This document shows, in pieces, positions 1 through 8,534 of a DNA stretch of 64,000 nucleotides. Within the stretch, counting starts at the first letter, position 1. Each line of letters opens with the position of its first letter. The translations under genes were made by a program, and so were the position numbers. Below the pieces are notes generated by a model that was not told the DNA's origin, did no database searches, and saw only the letters and a list, made by a program, of their open reading frames with translations. Source of the DNA: an uncultured Gemmatimonadaceae bacterium (GTDB lineage: Bacteria; Gemmatimonadota; Gemmatimonadetes; Gemmatimonadales; Gemmatimonadaceae); assembly GCA_963817955.1 (NCBI GenBank), contig CAWFQK010000004.1, forward strand, positions 1,184,001 through 1,248,000. The letters are read 5' to 3'.

Positions 1-1
1 T

Positions 2-2311
2 CTCGTCGCGTTCCAGCTCGCCGCGAGCGCGCCGTCGCCGTCGCCGTCGGCGTCGGCGTCGGCGTCCCCCGTCTACAACGGCCGCGCCGGACAGATCACG
101 CTGGCACCGCCAAAGATCCAGGCCGACGTCACTATCGACGGACGACTCGACGAGCCCGTGTGGCAGCAAGCGGCGCTGCTCACGGGGTTTTCGCTGTACC
201 ACCCGGCCGACGGCCGCCCGGCGCCCGACTCTACAGAGGTGCGCGTCTGGTATTCGGCAGATGCGATCTATTTCGGCGTTCGCGCCTTTCAATCCAAAGG
301 CAGCGTGTCGGCCACGCTTGCCGATCGCGACCGGGTGAGCGCCGATGACAACGTCGAGATTCATCTCGACACGTTCGATGAGCGCAATCGCGCGCTGGTA
401 TTCATCGTCAACCCGCTGGGCGTGCAGGCCGACGGCACAAAGAGCGAAGCGGGCGGATTCATTCCCGGCTCGAACGTCGAGCCAGGGCAGAACGATCTGA
501 GCGCCGACTTTGTCTGGCAATCCAAGGGACACGTCGAGGACTGGGGATACGAGGTGGAGATCCGCATTCCGTTCAACAGTCTGCGCTATCGGTCCGCCGC
601 GGTGCAGCGCTGGGGTATCCAGATCGATCGCCATGTCCAGCACAGTGGATACGAAGAGACATGGACACCGGCCATACGCGCGTCAGCATCGTTCATCTCG
701 CAAGCGGGGCGGCTCACGGATCTCCACGGTCTGCAGCACGGCCAGCTCGTCGAGCTGAATCCGGAGGTGACGAACACGGTGAACGGGAGTCCCTGCTGCG
801 CCACGACACCAGGATGGACCTATAAGGCGGATCCGCAGGTCGGTGGTAATCTGCGTTGGACGATGGGAAGTAACGCGGTGCTGAACGGCACGGTGCGTCC
901 CGACTTCTCGCAAGTGGAGGCAGACGCAACGCAGATCGCGGCGGATGAGCGGTTCGCGCTGTTCTACCCGGAGAAGCGCCCATTCTTCGTCGAGGCGCTC
1001 GACCAGTTCAACGTGCCAAACACACTCGTCTACACGCGCACCATCGTGCGTCCCGACGCCGCGCTCAAGCTCACCGGCAAGGTCGGACGCGCCGACGTCG
1101 CGCTGCTGTCGGCACTCGACGAAGCACCGTCGGCCAACGGATCTGGTAAGCCGATGGCGGACATCGTCCGGCTGGCTCAGAACTTTGGCGAACAGTCGTT
1201 GGCAGGTCTGTTGTACAGCGACCGCGTCAGCAACGGGCGGACAAACCGGCTCCTTGGCGGCGACACGCACATCGTGTTCGGCGGAAAGTATTTCGCGCAG
1301 TTCCAGCTCGCCGAATCGATGACAGATACCAACGGCGCGACACAACGCGGACCAATGTGGGAAGCCGTGCTCGATGGAACGGGACGCAGCTTTGGCTTCC
1401 ATTACAACGTGATCGGCATCGACAAGGACTTCCGCGCCGACAACGGCTTCGTTCCGCGCACCGGGTTCGTAGAGCCGAACGCCTCCAATCGCTACACATG
1501 GTACGGGCAGCCGGGCGCAGTCGTCGAGCGGTTCAACGTGTTCGGCACGGTAACCGGCCTGTGGAACTACGGTGATTTCTTCAGCGCTCGCAGTCTGCTC
1601 GAGGACAAGGCATCGGCGGCAATGGAGCTCACGGTACGCGGCGGCTGGAGCGTGGGCGTTACGCCGAAAATTTCCACATACGCGTTCGATCCAAGCGCGT
1701 ACACCTTCACGCCCAACAACCGCGTAGAAACGCTCACGAGCCAGTTCAGCATCTCGACACCGCAGTTCCAGAAGTTCGCCGCGTCGGCAGAAGCGACGAC
1801 GGGCAACGACGTGGATTTCATCGAGACCTCGCGCGTGCGGCGGATGGACTACAGCGCGTCCCTCGACCTGCGTCCGAGCTCACGCCTCCGCGTGAGCGCG
1901 ACGTACGTGAGTAGCGCGCTGACGCGCCGGATCGACGGCGAGCTGTCCACGTTCACGCGGATCCCACGGCTCAAGATAGAGTACCAGCTCGCCCGCCCGG
2001 TGTTCGTGCGGGTCGTGTCCCAGTACACCGCCACCAACCGGGAACCGCTGCGGGATCCGCATACGGGACAGATCCTCCTGCTGGGGCCATCCCAGACGCC
2101 GTCGACGCAGAGCTCGAGCAACATCCTGCGCACGGATTGGCTGTTCTCGTACCGGCCGGCGCCGGGCACGGTGTTCTTCCTCGGCTACGGCGGCAGTCTC
2201 GACGAACCGGATCCCTTGGCGTTTCAACGACTGCGCCGGACGAGCGATTCGTTCTTCGTGAAAGCATCCTACGTCTTTCGGATGCCTATTCCGGCAGGCG
2301 GAGCGGAGTAG
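2..2311 (+). CDS. DUF5916 / CBM9-like sugar-binding domain outer-membrane protein (5' partial)
   Basis: The frame is open from the window edge (LVAFQLAAS...VTIDGRLDEPVW). IDGxLDE, TEVRVWY, LNGTVRPDFSQVEAD and FYPEKRPFF are typical of DUF5916/CBM9-like proteins. Beta-barrel-like C-terminus (FFVKASYVF). Confidence 0.8.
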   Translation, partial: LVAFQLAASAPSPSPSASASASPVYNGRAGQITLAPPKIQADVTIDGRLDEPVWQQAALLTGFSLYHPADGRPAPDSTEVRVWYSADAIYFGVRAFQSKGSVSATLADRDRVSADDNVEIHLDTFDERNRALVFIVNPLGVQADGTKSEAGGFIPGSNVEPGQNDLSADFVWQSKGHVEDWGYEVEIRIPFNSLRYRSAAVQRWGIQIDRHVQHSGYEETWTPAIRASASFISQAGRLTDLHGLQHGQLVELNPEVTNTVNGSPCCATTPGWTYKADPQVGGNLRWTMGSNAVLNGTVRPDFSQVEADATQIAADERFALFYPEKRPFFVEALDQFNVPNTLVYTRTIVRPDAALKLTGKVGRADVALLSALDEAPSANGSGKPMADIVRLAQNFGEQSLAGLLYSDRVSNGRTNRLLGGDTHIVFGGKYFAQFQLAESMTDTNGATQRGPMWEAVLDGTGRSFGFHYNVIGIDKDFRADNGFVPRTGFVEPNASNRYTWYGQPGAVVERFNVFGTVTGLWNYGDFFSARSLLEDKASAAMELTVRGGWSVGVTPKISTYAFDPSAYTFTPNNRVETLTSQFSISTPQFQKFAASAEATTGNDVDFIETSRVRRMDYSASLDLRPSSRLRVSATYVSSALTRRIDGELSTFTRIPRLKIEYQLARPVFVRVVSQYTATNREPLRDPHTGQILLLGPSQTPSTQSSSNILRTDWLFSYRPAPGTVFFLGYGGSLDEPDPLAFQRLRRTSDSFFVKASYVFRMPIPAGGAE

Positions 2312-2345
2312 AGAACGGCTCCAGTCCAATGCACGGAGGCGTCGG

Positions 2346-2954
2346 TTACATGTACTTCCAGTTTCGCGGCTTCCCTTCGGACATCCATTCGATGGCCTGT
2401 GCGAGTCGGCGCGCGCGCGTGTCCTCGCCTTTGGCGCTGGCGATCCATTCAACGTACTCACGCTTTTGGCTCGGAGGGAAGCTCTCAAAGGTGGCGTGAG
2501 CCTTCTTGTTCTTGCTGAGCGCCGAAAGGAAATACGCCGGAATCTCGGTCGGCTTCTTCGCCCGCTTCGCCTGGTTCGTCCGTTTCGCTGGGACCGCAAC
2601 GGTGCCGCCGACCTCGTTGAGCGCCATCAGCTGCTTCACCCAGCCGGTAAACACTTTCTTTGATGGAAGATCGGATACCGTCGTCAGGCGGCCGAGCTGC
2701 CCCATCGCCTCGTTGTTCGCCGCATCGCCCACCACGCGACTTCCTTTCCAGAACGTTACCGTTGCGTGATGCTTGAAGCCGGCCATCATGCAGAGAATGC
2801 CGTGATACATGAACGCCGGCATGCCCCACTTGACCGTTTCCTCACAATCGGGACAGGCCAGGTGTACGCGCGCGCGAACTTCCAGGAGGATCGGCTTGGC
2901 GAAGTCGGCGGAGGTGGCGATGTACGCGTCGATGCGCTTATCGGTCTTCGGCAT
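2346..2954 (-). CDS. YdeI/OmpD-associated family protein (DUF1801 + OmdA-like domain)
   Basis: N-terminal IDAYIA...ETVKWGMP (DUF1801-like) and C-terminal F..FPPSQKREYVEWIASAK..TRARRL. Confidence 0.85.
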   Translation of the reverse strand: MPKTDKRIDAYIATSADFAKPILLEVRARVHLACPDCEETVKWGMPAFMYHGILCMMAGFKHHATVTFWKGSRVVGDAANNEAMGQLGRLTTVSDLPSKKVFTGWVKQLMALNEVGGTVAVPAKRTNQAKRAKKPTEIPAYFLSALSKNKKAHATFESFPPSQKREYVEWIASAKGEDTRARRLAQAIEWMSEGKPRNWKYM

Positions 2955-2960
2955 GTCCGC

Positions 2961-5024
2961 TCACCAGATGCGCGGTGTGACCGAGGCGGGCCGTACCATC
3001 GGATCTCCAGCCTTGCAGCCGAAGGCGGCGGCAAATGCCGGGATGTTCGACAGCGGGCCGTTCACGCGCCAGCGCTCCGGCGCGTGTGGATCGACGGTGA
3101 CACGGTTCTTCATCGCCTCGGGCCGCGTGTGGCTGCGCCAGCTCTGCGCGTAGGAGACGAAGAAGCGTTGTTCGGGCGTGAGCCCGTCGATCGCGCCAGG
3201 CCGGCCGTTGCGTTTGAGCGCGAGCTGCAGCGCATCGTACGCCGTGAGCAATCCGCCGTAGTCGGCAATGTTCTCACCGAGCGTGAGTTTGCCGTTCACG
3301 TGGAAGGTGTCGATCTGCACGTACCCGTTGAACTGATCCACCACTTTCTGCGCTTCCTGAGTGAAGTGAACGGAATCGCTCGACGTCCACCAGTCGCGCA
3401 GGTTGCCCTTGGCGTCGAAGTGCCGACCCTCGTCGTCGAAACCATGCGTCAGCTCGTGCCCCGCCCAGCTTCCGCCGAGCGAACCGTAGTTGGCCGCATC
3501 GTCGGCTTTGGGGTCGAACGTCTGCGGCGCGAGTGCGCCGGCAGGAAAGACCATCTCATTCTTGGTCGGGTCGTAGTATGCGTTCACCGTGGGCACGGTC
3601 ATGTCCCATTCCGTCAGATCGACCTTCGCGCCCGGCCGGTTGATCGTGCGCTTCCACTCGAATGCACTGGCGCGCGCCACGTTGAGGACGAACGGTCCTT
3701 CAACCGACTCGAGCTTGGAGTAATCCCGCCAGGTGTCGGGGTACCCAACCTTCTCGTGCATCAGCGACAGCTTCGTGAGCGCCTGCTTCTTGGTCGTGTC
3801 CGACATCCAGTCGAGTTTGCGAACACGTTGCCCGAACGCGGTGCGGATGTCGTCGATCAACGCCTTGGCACGCGCCCGCGCCGCGGGCGGAAAGGTCTTG
3901 GCAACGTACGCCTGGCCAAGCGCTTCACCGATCATATTGTCGGTGGTCTGGAGACAGCGCTTCCATCGCGGCAGCAGCATTTTTGCGCCGGTAAAGCGTG
4001 ACGAGAACGAGAAGTTTTCGTTGACGAACGGACTGCTCAACCAGGGCGATGCGTCGGAGATGGCGTGATAGCGCAGGTACGATTTCCAGTCGTCGATCGG
4101 CGTCTGCGTCACCAGAGCGTCGAGCCGCTTGAAGAAGTCAGGTTCGGCGACGTTGACCTTCTTCACCGGCACGGAGAGCCCGACGTCGTGGAAGTACGCG
4201 ACCCAATCGACGTTCGGCGTCATTGCGTGAAACTGCGCGAGCGCCATCGGGTGGTCCGCGGCGGAAGGGTCGCGGCGAGCGACGCGCTCCATCGATGCCT
4301 TGGCGAGCTCGGTCTCGAGCGCGAGAATGCGTCCAGCCTGCGCACGCGCTCGCGCCGCATCGGCGCCGGCCAGTGTCAGCAAACGCGTGATGTGCTCCAC
4401 GTAGGCGGTGCGCATGGAGTCGGACGCCGGGTCGGTCTTGAGGTAGTAGTCGCGATCGGGCATGCCCAATCCCCCGCGGTCGAAGCCGCCGAGGTAGTGC
4501 GCAGCGTCATGGATATCGACGCCGGCGCCGTAGGAGAATGCGACGTCCGCCCCCTCCATCTGGAGAACAGCGATCTCGTGCAATAGCGAGGCGCGAGAGT
4601 CGATGGCGTCAATCGCGCCGAGCGTCGGCGTGAGCGGCGTGATGCCCGCCTGCTCGGCGGCCGTCGAATCCATGCACGAACCGTAGAACGTGCCGAGCTT
4701 GCGCTCTGTACTCTGCGCCGGAAGCGACCTGCGCTTTGCCATCGCCTCGTCGAGCACCGAGCGCACGACGAGCTGATTGCGGTCGCTCATGTCGCGCCCA
4801 ACACCCGACGATGCATACGCGGCTGGGATGGTGTCGCGCGCAAGCCAGGTGCCGTCGGCGAAATCAAAAAAGTCCGTGCAGGCATTGGCCGACCGATTCA
4901 TGTACTGCGGATCGATGACCTTGAGCGGCAGTAGGGGCGGCGCCGCTGCCGGGGCACGCTGGGCGCGGGCTATCACGGGGACGGCGAGCAGGGTCAGAAG
5001 AAGTGCCAGAGTCGAGCGGCGCAT
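2961..5024 (-). CDS. M13 family metallopeptidase (neprilysin/PepO-like), secreted
   Basis: VNAYY, HELTH zinc motif, GENIAD, DPHAP..WRVNG. Start moved to the ATG at 5024, which begins a signal peptide (MRRSTLALLL...). Confidence 0.93.
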   Translation of the reverse strand: MRRSTLALLLTLLAVPVIARAQRAPAAAPPLLPLKVIDPQYMNRSANACTDFFDFADGTWLARDTIPAAYASSGVGRDMSDRNQLVVRSVLDEAMAKRRSLPAQSTERKLGTFYGSCMDSTAAEQAGITPLTPTLGAIDAIDSRASLLHEIAVLQMEGADVAFSYGAGVDIHDAAHYLGGFDRGGLGMPDRDYYLKTDPASDSMRTAYVEHITRLLTLAGADAARARAQAGRILALETELAKASMERVARRDPSAADHPMALAQFHAMTPNVDWVAYFHDVGLSVPVKKVNVAEPDFFKRLDALVTQTPIDDWKSYLRYHAISDASPWLSSPFVNENFSFSSRFTGAKMLLPRWKRCLQTTDNMIGEALGQAYVAKTFPPAARARAKALIDDIRTAFGQRVRKLDWMSDTTKKQALTKLSLMHEKVGYPDTWRDYSKLESVEGPFVLNVARASAFEWKRTINRPGAKVDLTEWDMTVPTVNAYYDPTKNEMVFPAGALAPQTFDPKADDAANYGSLGGSWAGHELTHGFDDEGRHFDAKGNLRDWWTSSDSVHFTQEAQKVVDQFNGYVQIDTFHVNGKLTLGENIADYGGLLTAYDALQLALKRNGRPGAIDGLTPEQRFFVSYAQSWRSHTRPEAMKNRVTVDPHAPERWRVNGPLSNIPAFAAAFGCKAGDPMVRPASVTPRIW

Positions 5025-5176
5025 GGGCGAGGCGGAATGGGGATTTTGAGCGTGCACCTTCAATATGGTGCCGGGCGGCGCGGTGCGGGGAGATCCGAGC
5101 TCGCGGACCCTGGTCCTGGTGCGAATTCGTACCCTATCGATAGGTTCAGACTGCTGTCACTCGCACCCGAACGATC

Positions 5177-6823
5177 ATGACGATCCGCACCATCCTCGCA
5201 ACGCTGATCTGGATCCCGGCCCTCGTCCTCGGTCAGGATTCGGCCAAGAAGACCTTCACCCATGCCGACACGCTGCGTGGGAGCAACGGTCCCGGACGCG
5301 TGTGGTGGGACGCGTCGTTCTATGACTTGCATGTCACGGTCATACCGGCCGACAGCAGCATTCGCGGGCATAACGCCATTCGATATCGCGTGCTCAAACC
5401 GGCGAAAGAGATGCAGATCGATCTCCAGGTGCCGCTCGAGGTAGATAGCGTAGTGCAGGACGGGCGCCAGCTCGTGTATCGTCGCGACGGCAATGCCTTC
5501 TTCGTCTCGCTCACCGCACCACAGCCCAAGGGCGCGTACAAGACGCTCGCCGTCTACTACCATGGCAAGCCACGCGCAGCCAAACGGCCGCCGTGGGATG
5601 GTGGCTTCATCTGGCAACACGATAGTTTGGGCAACCGCTGGATCGCGACGGCGAACGAAGGACTTGGCGCAAGCGTCTGGTGGCCCACCAAGGACTATCT
5701 CGCCGACGAGCCGGACAGCCAACGCGTGGCGATCACCGTGCCGGACTCCATGATCGACGTATCGAATGGGCGACTGCGTGCCACGACGCACAACGCGGAC
5801 GGCACGACGACGTTCGAGTGGTTCGTCGCCGATCCGATCAACACCTACGATGTCGAGGTGAACGCCGGGCAATACGCGCATTTCGGCGACGTCTACAACG
5901 GCGAAAAGGGCAAGCTGACGATGGATTTCTGGCCGCTCGCGTATCACGTCGATACGGCGCGCAAGCAGTTCGCGCAGGCGGTGCCAATGATGAAGTGCTT
6001 CGAGCATTGGTTTGGCCCGTATCCGTGGTACGCGGACGGCTACAAGCTGATCGAGGCGCCGCATCTCGGCATGGAGCATCAGAGCGGCGTGGCGTACGGC
6101 AACCGGTACAAGAATGGCTACATGGGGCGCGATCTCTCCGGCACAGGTTGGGGAATGAAGTGGGACTTCATCATCGTGCACGAGAGCGCGCACGAGTGGT
6201 GGGGGAACAGCATCACGGTGAAGGACCCGGCGGACATGTGGGTGCACGAGAGCTTCGCGAACTACGCCGAGGGACTGTACACCGAGTGCCAGGATGGCAA
6301 ACAAGCGGGCGCCGAGTACATCATCGGGAGCCGACGCAACATCAGGAACGACGCGCCCATCATTGGCCATTACGGGGTGAATTCCGAGGGCTCGGGTGAC
6401 ATGTACTACAAGGGCGGCAGCATGCTCCACCTCATCCGCCAGCTCATCGGCAACGACGAGAAGTGGCGGGCCATCCTGCGCGGACTGCAGTCGACGTTCG
6501 GGCACCAGACGGTGACCGGCGCCCAGGTGGAGGCGTACATCAGCACCCGCTCAGGACTGCCCCTGCGCCTGGTCTTCGATCAATACCTGCGGACGACGAT
6601 GATACCTGTTCTTGAATACCGTCGTGCTGATGGCCGCCTGGCATACCGTTGGAGCAACGTCGTGCCGGGGTTTGCGATGCCCGTACAGGTGGCGATTGGC
6701 TCGCGCGCCGCCTGGCTCAAGCCAACGACCACGTGGAAGACGTACCCGCAGCCGGTGGCCGCGGAGGATTCGATCGTAGTGAGTCGAGATTTTCTCGTGC
6801 AGGAAAAGCAGATCACGCCCTGA
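5177..6823 (+). CDS. M1 family aminopeptidase, secreted
   Basis: GMEH exopeptidase motif, HESAHEWWGN(x18)E zinc motif, YYKG, signal peptide. Confidence 0.92.
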   Translation: MTIRTILATLIWIPALVLGQDSAKKTFTHADTLRGSNGPGRVWWDASFYDLHVTVIPADSSIRGHNAIRYRVLKPAKEMQIDLQVPLEVDSVVQDGRQLVYRRDGNAFFVSLTAPQPKGAYKTLAVYYHGKPRAAKRPPWDGGFIWQHDSLGNRWIATANEGLGASVWWPTKDYLADEPDSQRVAITVPDSMIDVSNGRLRATTHNADGTTTFEWFVADPINTYDVEVNAGQYAHFGDVYNGEKGKLTMDFWPLAYHVDTARKQFAQAVPMMKCFEHWFGPYPWYADGYKLIEAPHLGMEHQSGVAYGNRYKNGYMGRDLSGTGWGMKWDFIIVHESAHEWWGNSITVKDPADMWVHESFANYAEGLYTECQDGKQAGAEYIIGSRRNIRNDAPIIGHYGVNSEGSGDMYYKGGSMLHLIRQLIGNDEKWRAILRGLQSTFGHQTVTGAQVEAYISTRSGLPLRLVFDQYLRTTMIPVLEYRRADGRLAYRWSNVVPGFAMPVQVAIGSRAAWLKPTTTWKTYPQPVAAEDSIVVSRDFLVQEKQITP

Positions 6824-6826
6824 TCC

Positions 6827-7870
6827 ATGTCTGCCACTCGCCGACTACTCGGACTCGCGTTGCTCCTGGCGGCGGAGCCCCGCCCCGCTGCTGGCCAGAA
6901 GCTGGAGGCGCTATGGTACTCGACCGACGGCGAAGGGAGCACGCAGAGCTTCCTCGCGCACGCCGATCAGATCTCGATCGTGTCGCCACAGGTGTTTTCC
7001 ATCGATAGCCTCGGCGTCATCTGGGGCAAGGTTGATCCGCGCGTGGTGGCAAGGGCGCGAGAGAAAGGCGTTCAGGTCGTGCCGCTGGTGATGAACCCGG
7101 GGTTTGATCAGCCCACCATTCATCGCATTCTCACCGTCGCCGACGCCCGGCATCGGGCGATCGAGAACCTCGTCGCGCTCTGCCGCGACAATCATTTCGA
7201 CGGCATTCAGTTCGACATCGAGAATGTCAACGTCGCCGATCGGGATGCCTTGACGAGCTTCATGCGCGCATCTGCCGAGGCGCTGCACCGGGTGAATTGT
7301 TCGGTGTCGGCGGCGGTGGTGCCGCGCAGCGGCGAGTTTCCCGGTTCGACGAGCTACCATCGCTGGATCTACGAGAACTGGCGCGGGGCGTACGATTACA
7401 AGGCGTTGGCCGACGCGCTGGACTTCATCTCCTTCATGACGTACGCGCAGCACACCGGCGGAACGCCGCCTGGGCCAGTGGCGGCGTATCCATGGATGGA
7501 GGACGCGCTCAAGTACGTGCTCGCACTTGGCGTCGCACCATCGAAAATCTCGCTCGGCCTGGCCGCCTACTCTGACTGGTGGTATCCGGTCTTCGAGCCG
7601 GCCACCGGCCCACGCATGCGCGGGAGCGACATCTCGTACGCCGTCGCGACGGGACTACTCGCCAAGCATGGCGTGCAGCCGATCTGGGACGATCGCGACA
7701 AGTCGCCATACGCCTTCTGGAGTGAGGACGGCGTGAACGAGTTTCTATGGATGGAGGACGCGCGCGCCTTCGCCGCGAAGCTGGCGCTGGTGCGCACCTA
7801 CAAGCTGCGCGGGTATTCCGTATGGGTCCTCGGACTCGAGGACCCGGCGGTGTGGACGTTGCGGAAGTGA
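6827..7870 (+). CDS. Glycoside hydrolase family 18 protein (YaaH/YdhD-like)
   Basis: FDGIQFDIE catalytic motif, FMTY, KISLGL, and C-terminal LRGYSVWVLGLED. Starts 3 nt after the M1 gene, so probably an operon. Confidence 0.88.
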   Translation: MSATRRLLGLALLLAAEPRPAAGQKLEALWYSTDGEGSTQSFLAHADQISIVSPQVFSIDSLGVIWGKVDPRVVARAREKGVQVVPLVMNPGFDQPTIHRILTVADARHRAIENLVALCRDNHFDGIQFDIENVNVADRDALTSFMRASAEALHRVNCSVSAAVVPRSGEFPGSTSYHRWIYENWRGAYDYKALADALDFISFMTYAQHTGGTPPGPVAAYPWMEDALKYVLALGVAPSKISLGLAAYSDWWYPVFEPATGPRMRGSDISYAVATGLLAKHGVQPIWDDRDKSPYAFWSEDGVNEFLWMEDARAFAAKLALVRTYKLRGYSVWVLGLEDPAVWTLRK

Positions 7871-7905
7871 ATGGAGAGGGGGATTCCAACCGAGCCCCCC
7901 CGTGT

Positions 7906-8358
7906 TCACTCTGACACGGTGTAGCGCACCTGCACATCAGCGGTCGCGACCGCGACCGTGCCGAAGAGGGGTCACCGCCGCTTGAAACCTTCGATGAGCG
8001 CGGCGGCTCGCGAGGCGTCCGTGCCGAACAGCGTGAACTCGACCTGCACGCTGTTGAATGTCGTGAAGTCGGTGCGCACTTGCTTCGCGCGATCGACCCC
8101 GCCGCGAATCTGCACCGCAACGCCGCGTAACGGCACGCCCTGTTCGCGCGCGAGCACCGGCACCAGCTCGGCACCGCAGGCGGCAACGGCGGAGAGGAAG
8201 ACTTCGGTCGGCGTGACTTCCTCGCCGGGGCAGCCGTTCTGCTCCGGGCCATCGATAATGAAGTGGTGGTTACGCGCGCCGCACAGCACCCGTCCAAACA
8301 CGTCAGTGGACCGGGCGGTGGCGGTGTACTCGCGAAGCGTGGGTGTCGGAGTCGTCAT
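7906..8358 (-). CDS. OsmC/Ohr-like redox protein, probable selenoprotein (UGA at 7974-7972 read as Sec; 150 aa)
   Basis: OsmC motif PTEVFLSAVAACG. The frame continues past TGA as GFKRR*PLFGTVAVATADVQVRYTVSE to a TGA at 7908-7906. The UGA occupies the second conserved C-P position. Confidence 0.8.
7941..7958 (-). promoter_or_regulatory. Candidate bacterial SECIS element
   Basis: Perfect 7-bp stem CGGUCGC/GCGACCG with a GGUC loop. The stem begins 13 nt and the loop 20 nt 3' of the in-frame UGA. Confidence 0.7.
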
Positions 8359-8534
8359 GGCGGGAGGACGTTTGCACAGTTCAGGGCAGCCTGCCTCATA
8401 ATACGTAAGTGGCGCCCGGGCTTTCGGCTATGCCCCACTGGTCGATAGCCGAACGGCAGCCGATAGTCCGCCCCCAGCGAATGCCTCTCCCAAACCGTAG
8501 GTTTAGTAGCTCTTCCTCTCCCCTACTCCATAAT

